From positions 5,121 through 69,120 of the forward strand of contig CAXSCE010000021.1 in NCBI GenBank assembly GCA_964236545.1: DNA of 64,000 nucleotides, given 5' to 3'. The notes beneath the pieces are model-generated. The model made no database searches, was not told where the DNA came from, and worked only from the letters and a program-made list of their open reading frames with translations. Shown here piece by piece: positions 55,758 to 62,198 of this stretch; the first letter of the stretch is position 1, and the number at the start of each line of letters is the position of its first letter. This DNA is from an uncultured Bryocella sp. (GTDB lineage Bacteria > Acidobacteriota > Terriglobia > Terriglobales > Acidobacteriaceae). The translations under genes were made by a program, and so were the position numbers.

Positions 55758-56384
55758 ATGGCTACGAAGAAAGCTGCAGCAAAGAAATCCGTGACCGAGA
55801 AAACGGTTACGGAGAAAGCGCCAGCGAAGAAGACCGCAGCAAAGAAAGCAGCAGCGAAGAAAACAGCTGCAAAAAAGACGGCGGCCTCTGCGCCGAAAAA
55901 GCAAGTCGCGCACGGCAACAACGACGACAACTACACGAAGCCTGAACTCCGCGAGCACATCAAGGAAGAAATAATGGCCGGCGACAAGGGGGGCAAGCCC
56001 GGCCAATGGAGCGCCCGGAAAGCGCAGCTGGTGGCGCACGAATACGTCGCTGAAGGTGGAGGCTACAAGCATCCTCGCAACGAAGCCCAGCAGCACCTGC
56101 AGCAATGGGGCGACGAGCATTGGCACACCGCCGACGGCAAACCCGCTATCCGCGACGACGGCCAAGGTGGCGAAGAAACGCATCGGTATCTGCCGGACGA
56201 AGCCTGGAAGGAGCTCTCACCCGCTGAGCGGAAAGCCACCGATGCTGAAAAGGTGCAGGGTTCGCACGAGGGCAAGCAGTTTGTACCCAACACGGACGTA
56301 GCCAGCGAGGCACGGCAGCACGCCACAGGAAGCCACTCAAAGCAGACCGACGCAACCGGAAACGCGAAGAAAAGCAACGCGTAG
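55758..56384 (+). CDS. Lys/Ala-rich (histone H1-like) tail fused to a DUF5872-like basic domain
   Basis: KKAAAKK repeats, then NYTKPELRE...GDKGGKPGQWSARKAQL...GGGYK...QWGDEHW...RYLPDEAW...GKQFV; family recognised from memory. Confidence 0.7.
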   Translation: MATKKAAAKKSVTEKTVTEKAPAKKTAAKKAAAKKTAAKKTAASAPKKQVAHGNNDDNYTKPELREHIKEEIMAGDKGGKPGQWSARKAQLVAHEYVAEGGGYKHPRNEAQQHLQQWGDEHWHTADGKPAIRDDGQGGEETHRYLPDEAWKELSPAERKATDAEKVQGSHEGKQFVPNTDVASEARQHATGSHSKQTDATGNAKKSNA

Positions 56385-56388
56385 TGAC

Positions 56389-56417
56389 TTGCAACGCGTC
56401 TATCTGCATGGTAAAAG
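56389..56417 (+). promoter_or_regulatory. Putative sigma70 promoter upstream of the SAM riboswitch
   Basis: TTGCAA-N17-TAAAAG about 35 nt upstream of the aptamer. Confidence 0.45.
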
Positions 56418-56450
56418 TAAACCATTCCACCCGTGATGAGCGGGTCGAAT

Positions 56451-56549
56451 TTCATGCAGAGTGGTTGAGGGACGAGCCCTGTGACGCCACGACAACCGGA
56501 CAGAATACAGTACCGGTGTCAACTCTCGCCTGGCAACAGGACACATGGG
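56451..56549 (+). ncRNA. SAM-I (S-box)-class riboswitch aptamer
   Basis: TTCATGCAGAGTGGTTGAGGGACGAGCCCTGTGACGCCACGACAACC...GGTGTCAACTC...ACATGGG matches the S-box pattern AUC-AGAG..GAGGGA..GCCC..UGA..GCAACC..GGUGC-AA..GAUG. Confidence 0.88.
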
Positions 56550-56663
56550 ATTCGGTGGAGCAGAGCTGTACCCAAGATCGTCCTGCCTCCACAGATCTCC
56601 GTACCCTGAACTCCGGCAAGAGCGGCCACAGCCAGCAGCACCCCTCACTCACCGGAGTGATCC

Positions 56664-57965
56664 ATGGAGTATTACTGTAGCGCCTACGAGCTACGCTGTA
56701 ATGAGTGTGGCAAAAGTTTTGGCAATCGCCCTCAGTCTGCCTGCGACGAATGCCTGGCACCCCTTGAGGTGCAGTACGATCTGAACCGGATGCGAGAGCG
56801 CGTTTCCCGGCAGAGCATAGCAGCCGGCCCAGCCAACATCTGGCGTTACAGCGAAATGCTTCCCATACCGAACGGCTTTGAGCCCGATTTGCCGGTTGGC
56901 TTTACACCTCTGGTGCGCGCGAAATCTCTGGGCAAGCGTCTTGGTGCCAGCCAACTTTACGTCAAAAATGATGCGGTTTGCTTTCCCACGCTGAGCTTCA
57001 AGGACCGGGTCGTCTCCGTGGCGCTCGCCAATGCGCAGGCCTTTGGCTTCGACGTCGTCGGTTGCTCCTCGACTGGCAATCTTGCAAACTCCGTGGCGGC
57101 GCAGGCTGCCCGCCTCGGTATGAAAGCTTGCATTCTGATCCCTGCTGATCTCGAACAGGCCAAAATTCTCAATACCCAGGTCTATGGCGCGCGCCTCGTT
57201 CGTATCGAAGGCAACTACGATCACGTCAACCGACTCTGCACTCTTATCGCTGACGAGTACAACTGGGGCTTCGTCAATGTGAACCTGCGGCCCTACTATG
57301 CGGAGGGGTCAAAGACCGTAGGTTATGAAATTGCCGAGCAACTCGGTTGGCGTCTGCCCGATAACGTCGTTGTGCCCATGGCCGGCGGCTCGCTCATCCG
57401 TAAAATTCGCAAGGCCTTCAAGGAGCTCGTACAGCTTGGCCTGGTCGATGACAAGCCCGTGCGCTTCTTCGGCGCGCAGGCCACAGGCTGCTCGCCCATC
57501 GCGCATGCGGTCAAGCAGGGCTGGGACTACATTGAGCCGCAGCGGCCCCACACCATCGCCCGTTCGCTTGCTATCGGCAACCCCGCCGACGGTCCGGCGG
57601 CTGCCAAGATGATCGCGGAATGCAATGGATATGCCGAAGATGTTTCCGATGTCGAAGTCGTCTCCGGCATTCTGGAGCTGGCGGAAACGGAAGGAATCTT
57701 CACCGAAACCGCCGGCGGCGTTACCACTGCGGTGACCGCGCGGCTCTACGCCGATGGCCGCATCGGCCCGAATGAACTTACCGTCGCCTGCATCACCGGC
57801 AACGGCCTGAAAACCCTGGATGTGCTGCAGGGCCGCTTCGACACTGCACAGCCTGTTAAGCCCAAGCTTGCCGCTTTCGACGAGTACATTCGCGCCGTCG
57901 ATGGCTCGCTCGTCGGACAACCGGTGGACACCGAAGAACTCGTGCTAGCAGGAGGTGGGCGGTGA
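56664..57965 (+). CDS. Threonine-synthase-like PLP enzyme (fold type II) with an N-terminal zinc ribbon; probably a sulfur-amino-acid synthase
   Basis: CNECG...CDEC zinc ribbon, FPTLSFKDR (PLP lysine), SSTGNLA, YYAEGSKT, VPMAGGSL, ITGNGLK. Confidence 0.85.
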   Translation: MEYYCSAYELRCNECGKSFGNRPQSACDECLAPLEVQYDLNRMRERVSRQSIAAGPANIWRYSEMLPIPNGFEPDLPVGFTPLVRAKSLGKRLGASQLYVKNDAVCFPTLSFKDRVVSVALANAQAFGFDVVGCSSTGNLANSVAAQAARLGMKACILIPADLEQAKILNTQVYGARLVRIEGNYDHVNRLCTLIADEYNWGFVNVNLRPYYAEGSKTVGYEIAEQLGWRLPDNVVVPMAGGSLIRKIRKAFKELVQLGLVDDKPVRFFGAQATGCSPIAHAVKQGWDYIEPQRPHTIARSLAIGNPADGPAAAKMIAECNGYAEDVSDVEVVSGILELAETEGIFTETAGGVTTAVTARLYADGRIGPNELTVACITGNGLKTLDVLQGRFDTAQPVKPKLAAFDEYIRAVDGSLVGQPVDTEELVLAGGGR

Positions 57966-58249
57966 GTGTAAAGGTAGTTTTGCCGACAGCCTTGGCGCGG
58001 CACACGGAAGGGCAAAAAAGCTTCGCGTCCGAAGCGAAAGATCTATCTGCACTGCTTTCGGAGATCGATGCCAGGTATCCAGCCCTGGCGCAGAATGTAA
58101 AAGATGACAAAGGCAAGCTGCGCCGCTTCATCAATGTCTACATCAACGATGAAGATATTCGCTTTCTTGGCGGCGAAACGCACCTCTTTGCCGATGGCGA
58201 TGAAGTAATGCTCATTCCTTCTATTGCCGGCGGATCTTTAAATCTGTAG
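57962..58249 (+). CDS. MoaD/ThiS/CysO-type ubiquitin-like sulfur carrier with a 4-residue extension after GG
   Basis: LPTAL...RRFINVYINDEDIRF...DGDEVMLIPSIAGG-SLNL; GTGA overlap with the upstream gene. Confidence 0.9.
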   Translation: MSVKVVLPTALARHTEGQKSFASEAKDLSALLSEIDARYPALAQNVKDDKGKLRRFINVYINDEDIRFLGGETHLFADGDEVMLIPSIAGGSLNL

Positions 58250-58399
58250 GCTATCGCCGAAATGGCCAAGCAGAAAGTGCACATGCTTCGCAGATTCAGG
58301 TGACGTTACTGGATCCAGGCAAGGTGTGGTGCGAAAGTGCTTGATGGATTCGCCGTGCGGCTGGAGTCATTCTCGGCATCCTAATCTGTGTGAACGACT

Positions 58400-58432
58400 A
58401 AATGGGCCTCAGTCGTGAGGCCCATTTGTTTT
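58400..58432 (+). terminator. Probable intrinsic terminator
   Basis: 12-bp stem AAATGGGCCTCA-GTCG-TGAGGCCCATTT followed by GTTTT. Confidence 0.7.
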
Positions 58433-58457
58433 CGACCACAGATGAAAGGATTATCCG

Positions 58458-59045
58458 ATGAGCTTACTTCATAACTTCAAAGGCACCCGCAGCAGGATTA
58501 GGTACGGCATTGCTTTCGGTTTTGCCCTCAGTACGTTTCCGCTGATGGCGCAACAGGTAAGTACTGACTATGACTACCACGCGGATTTCAGCAAACTCCA
58601 CACCTTCTCCATTTACAAATTGCAGGCGTCAGATCCGTTGGTGGGACAGCGGGTGAGGGATGACTTGACACAGGATTTGACGGCCCGTGGTCTTCAGATG
58701 GTGCCCCAGGGCGGTGATCTCGGCATCACAGCCGTTGACTCCCGCACGAATCAGAAGGAGTACAACAGCTTCTATGAGGGTCTGGGTGGTGGAGGGTACG
58801 GTTGGCGCGGTCGTGGCTTTGGGGGTTTTGGCGGAGGTTTCGGCGACGAGGGAGTCACAAACACCAGCGTCATCAATGTCCCAGTAGGCAGCCTGGTGGT
58901 CGACGCCTACGACACAAATCACCAACTGCTGTTCCGCGGCATGGCCAGCGACACCCTCTCCAACAATGCAGACAAGAACAGCAAGACGCTGGGTAAGGCC
59001 ATTAAGAAGATCGTGGCGAAGTTACCTGTACAAGGTGCCAAGTAA
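58458..59045 (+). CDS. DUF4136-like exported protein
   Basis: Signal peptide, VSTDYDYHADFSKLHTFSI, Gly-rich GWRGRGFGGFGGG insert, GSLVVDAYD...LLFRGMA. Confidence 0.75.
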   Translation: MSLLHNFKGTRSRIRYGIAFGFALSTFPLMAQQVSTDYDYHADFSKLHTFSIYKLQASDPLVGQRVRDDLTQDLTARGLQMVPQGGDLGITAVDSRTNQKEYNSFYEGLGGGGYGWRGRGFGGFGGGFGDEGVTNTSVINVPVGSLVVDAYDTNHQLLFRGMASDTLSNNADKNSKTLGKAIKKIVAKLPVQGAK

Positions 59046-59283
59046 CCTTGGCAGGTAGCGAACGTGCGGTGAGGTAGCATGCTCTAGAGATTCAACCTAG
59101 GGTTGATATTGGGAGCTTAGTCGCTAGGATACTTCCTGTAACGCTTAGGGAATGAGAATTGCAGAAGGCATTGCGGCCGATGTGTCCAAGGTGACATGTC
59201 GGCTCATCTCCCAATCGTTTGGTCCATGCATGACATGGCGATCGATTTTGCTTGCTGCGATTCGTTGACGCGCATAGATTGAA

Positions 59284-59760
59284 GTGGAACGTATGTTGCG
59301 CAAATATATTCTGCTGTTGACTATGCTCGGCGTAAGTCTGGTTCCTGTCCGGATGGCAGGACAAACAGCTCACCCCGCCGCAGTGCCCACTCCCGCGTCC
59401 AATCCCGCGGAAGACGGTGCCGATCTACCGGATGACGATTCAGACACGCCGGCCCGACCGCCGCATCTGCCTGAGCCCGGGATGAAGCCTCCTGTACTAA
59501 TCCATTCCGTCCAGCTGAAATATACAAAGTCGGCTCGAAAGCAGCACCTGACCGGTATTGTGAGGGTCGAGACGACGGTAGACACCACCGGTATGCCGCA
59601 GAACCTAAGCATCGAAAAAGGACTAGGGAATGAGCTGGATGATCTCGCTCTCCAGGCCGTGCGGCAATATAGGTTCAAACCCGCGACAAAGTACGGCCAA
59701 CCGGTGCCGGTGAAGCTCTACATCCAAGTCCAATTCGATATCAGGGATCGAGAAGAATAA
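59284..59760 (+). CDS. Energy transducer TonB family protein
   Basis: Signal peptide, Pro-rich linker, PPVLIHSVQLKYTKSARKQHLTGIV...GLGNELDDLALQAVRQYRFKPA. Confidence 0.85.
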   Translation: MERMLRKYILLLTMLGVSLVPVRMAGQTAHPAAVPTPASNPAEDGADLPDDDSDTPARPPHLPEPGMKPPVLIHSVQLKYTKSARKQHLTGIVRVETTVDTTGMPQNLSIEKGLGNELDDLALQAVRQYRFKPATKYGQPVPVKLYIQVQFDIRDREE

Positions 59761-59810
59761 GCCTATGAGGCTAAATCCTGGATTCGGTGCAGCCGCATCT
59801 CTTGAATGCC

Positions 59811-59889
59811 GAGATCGAAGATTCTTTGCGGCGGAGGACGATTCTACGGCGTCGAGGCTTGTGGGTTCATGGGGTTAGCTTGTCGGCTG
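59811..59889 (-). pseudogene. Decayed 5' fragment of the ACP-like gene at 61630-61959
   Basis: 59811-59855 aligns by hand with 61906-61952 at 42 of 47 positions with two 1-nt deletions; the upstream sequence is also related. Confidence 0.75.
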
Positions 59890-60276
59890 GCACGAAGGGT
59901 TGTGCATCACGGGGCAGCCGTGAAGGTCGTGACCGACCCCCATACTTCTTGAATTAAAGTATTAATTCTGGGCAGTTTAGTGGTGGACTTTGGTGCGAGT
60001 ACCCCCGACTGCTGATGTTTTGCTCTCCGAAGTGGCAAGTCTCTGGTGTTTACTGCCTGTAGTGTAGCCAGCGTGGCGAAATGTTGTGCAAGCCGTCAGT
60101 CTCTGCCTAGGTTGGCATTCATCAGGTCGTGTTGATTTATAGAGCGATTTGTACTCTTCTTTGTTCCCGGTGGATGTAGGCGTCGAGGCCCATGGGTTCA
60201 GGGTAGCGTGTCGGCTGATCCGACCCATGCGCGATGAGGTGTTCCCCAAAGGGAGCACCTGGCTTCCCCTGAAGTT

Positions 60277-60308
60277 GGGTGCCCCACGTCTCGCTTCTGA
60301 GACGTGGG
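60277..60308 (+). repeat. Left REP of the RAYT locus
   Basis: GGGTGC-CCCACGTCTC-GCTTCT-GAGACGTGGG: a perfect 10-bp hairpin 17 nt upstream of the RAYT start. Confidence 0.85.
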
Positions 60309-60324
60309 TTTATAGGATGTCTGC

Positions 60325-60884
60325 ATGACGCAGGGATTGGTGCGGTATCAGCAGACGGGCGACCTGCACTTCGTTACCTTCAGCTGTTTTCATAGACGCC
60401 CGTACCTCGAGATGGCGGAGGCTCGTGATGCCTTTAACGTGCGTTGGAGACGATGCGGGTGCGGTACGACTTCTTTGCCATTGGGTATGTGGTCATGCCG
60501 GAGCATGTGCATTTGTTGGTGAGTGAACCTCGGGAGGTGCTTTTAGCCAAGGCGCTGCAGGCGCTGAAGCTATCCGTGGCGGTAAAGCAGGAGAAGCGGC
60601 CGTTTTGGCAGGCCCGGTACTACGACTTCAATGTGTTCACAGCGGCGAAGCGGGTGGAGAAGCTGAACTACCTGCACGAGAACCCGGTGACTCGTGGGTT
60701 GGTTGGCTTTGCGGAGAACTGGGCGTGGTCGAGTGTGCGGCACTGGTTAACGGGTGCGCCGGGGGTGGTGGAGGTGGAGTCGAACTGGACGGCTTCGCGG
60801 AGGGATTGTGCCGCGGCGGAGGCCCAGGTCTTAGAAACGAGACCTGGGGCACCCACGTTGCCGCGGCGGAGGCCCAGGTCTTAG
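60325..60884 (+). pseudogene. REP-associated tyrosine transposase (RAYT/TnpA-REP, HUH Y1) with a 1-nt deletion near 60435
   Basis: MTQGLVRYQQTGDLHFVTFSCFHRRP in one frame; YVVMPEHVHLL (HUH), FWQARYYDFN, YLHENPV and WAWSS in the next. TTT-AA-CGT would be TTT-GAA-CGT (FER) in frame. Confidence 0.9.
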
Positions 60885-60907
60885 AAACGAGACCTGGGGC
60901 ACCCACG
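60809..60907 (-). repeat. Tandem duplication (period 50 bp) carrying two right-hand REPs
   Basis: TGCCGCGGCGGAGGCCCAGGTCTTAGAAACGAGACCTGGGGCACCCACG twice; inverted relative to the left REP. Confidence 0.92.
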
Positions 60908-60976
60908 GTGTTGAAGGGGTAAGATGTGGGCTACCCGCCGTGTGTCGGATCGGTCCAGGCATCGGTCCACCTCAAG

Positions 60977-61081
60977 TCACCTTCTGGGGGAAGGAGGTGG
61001 TGGAGGTGGTTTCGGGGGCGGCGGTGTGGGCCGGTGCATAGGAGGCTAACCCGCGCGGGTACTCTCTCCCGGGGGCGTCAT
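60977..61081 (-). CDS. Possible Pro-rich micro-ORF coupled to the 2TM gene; contains an internal TAG
   Basis: ATGA overlap with the upstream stop: MTPPGESTRAG*PPMHRPTPPPPKPPPPPPSPRR*; alternative ATG at 61039 gives a 20-aa peptide. Confidence 0.3.
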
Positions 61082-61557
61082 GCTGGGATCAGATGATGTT
61101 GCCGGAAGACCTGCTCCTGCCAGTAGTAGATCCGTTTTGGATCATTGGGCGCTTCTATTGACGCCTGACTGGACAGTTCGTTCTCTTTTGCGATCAGTGC
61201 GGCGTAGCGGGACGCGGCGTCTTCTGCGTAGGTGGTGTTCCAGAGCGCCTCATAGGCCGTCGCCAGTTCACTCCAGCCGAACTGGAGTTTGAACATGGTC
61301 CGGGTGGCACCGTCAAGGCCGCGAGCAATGGAATAAGCACTGAGCATCGCCGTGAAACAGGCCAGAACAATGGCCACCCACGTGGGGGCTTTGGCTATCA
61401 GCGTGGCGGCAGCGCCGCTGGCGAGGAAGAACGAGGCTCCGCTGATCCATTGCTTCTGGCGAGTGTACAGACTGGCGAACTCGGCAAAGTAGAGCGCGCG
61501 CACTTGCGCGGCGAGTTGCCGTTCCCACAGGCTCGTGATTTGCTCTTCTGTGAGCAT
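61078..61557 (-). CDS. Two-TM membrane protein, SLATT-like effector architecture
   Basis: N-terminal helix (LYFAEFASLYTRQKQW), two closely spaced hydrophobic segments, then a helical tail (KLQFGWSELATAYEALW); family call from architecture only. Confidence 0.55.
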   Translation of the reverse strand: MLTEEQITSLWERQLAAQVRALYFAEFASLYTRQKQWISGASFFLASGAAATLIAKAPTWVAIVLACFTAMLSAYSIARGLDGATRTMFKLQFGWSELATAYEALWNTTYAEDAASRYAALIAKENELSSQASIEAPNDPKRIYYWQEQVFRQHHLIPA

Positions 61558-61629
61558 GGCGTCTGTGGCGAGTATACGAGGATATGGGAAGGTAACTCAA
61601 CCTACAGGTGGGGCGGTCGACGTGCCGGG

Positions 61630-61959
61630 TCAGTCGATGCCGAGGTCTTCGCTGAGGCGGGCGGGGTAGCGAATGCGCTCGAGTTTCAGGCCCTGTTGAT
61701 CGACGAGGAGGGCTACGAAAGTGGTCCAGACGTCTTCGCGGGTCCAGTGTTTGGGGCCGGGCTTGATGGAAAGTCGGTCGCGCAGGTAGCTGGTGCCGGG
61801 GTGTTCGGGGGCGGCGGTGCTGTTGGGCAGGTGGAGTTTGGTGCAGAGGTGCTCGAAGAGATGGCCTACGGTGACGATCTGGCCTAAGTCCTTGTCTTCT
61901 AGACGGAGATCGAAGGTTTCTTCGCAGCGGAGGACGATGTCTACGGCGTCGATACCCAT
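61630..61959 (-). CDS. Circularly permuted acyl-carrier-protein-like protein lacking the phosphopantetheine serine
   Basis: Starts MGIDAVDIVLRCEETFDLRLEDKDLGQIVTVGHLFEHL (ACP helices II-IV) and ends EDVWTTFVALLVDQQGLKLERIRYPARLSEDLGID (ACP helix I plus loop). Confidence 0.7.
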   Translation of the reverse strand: MGIDAVDIVLRCEETFDLRLEDKDLGQIVTVGHLFEHLCTKLHLPNSTAAPEHPGTSYLRDRLSIKPGPKHWTREDVWTTFVALLVDQQGLKLERIRYPARLSEDLGID

Positions 61960-61980
61960 GGGTGCAGCGTAGCTGCCCAG

Positions 61981-62105
61981 TACATGCATGCGAACCCGGT
62001 CAGTCGTGGGGTCGTTTGGCTTCCCGGAGACTGGGCGTGGTCGAGTGTGCGGCACCGGTCGACGGATACGCCGGGGGTTAGTCGAGTTGGACGGCTGCGC
62101 GGAGA
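61981..62105 (+). pseudogene. Second, truncated RAYT 3' fragment
   Basis: YMHANPVSRGVVWLPGDWAWSSVRHRSTDTPGV versus YLHENPVTRGLVGFAENWAWSSVRHWLTGAPGV in the upstream RAYT. Confidence 0.85.
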
Positions 62106-62124
62106 GATCGTGATATCGCGGAAG

Positions 62125-62190
62125 CCCTGGCCTCAGAAGCGAGACCTGGGGCACCCAATGTGTTAGTGAGGTGAGATGTGGCCACCCGCC
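62125..62190 (-). repeat. REP plus downstream GATGTGGCCACCCGCC half-site
   Basis: CCCTGGCCTCAGAAGCGAGACCTGGGGCACCC (62125-62156), 18 nt, then GATGTGGCCACCCGCC; same layout as 60873-60939. Confidence 0.8.
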
Positions 62191-62198
62191 CCCAATAC

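Noticed and set aside
59977-60258. 93-aa minus-strand ORF from the track
   Set aside because: Starts inside REP-like sequence, has no protein-like features and lies in decayed DNA.
60809-60907. Possible mini-CRISPR array (repeated palindromic unit)
   Set aside because: The two units are adjacent near-identical 50-mers without unique spacers, no cas genes are present, and the palindrome matches the RAYT-flanking REP.
61960-62154. 65-aa N-terminal extension of the ACP-like ORF in the track (start 62154)
   Set aside because: It is the antisense of the RAYT remnant and REP; the real start is most likely ATG 61959 (MGIDAV).
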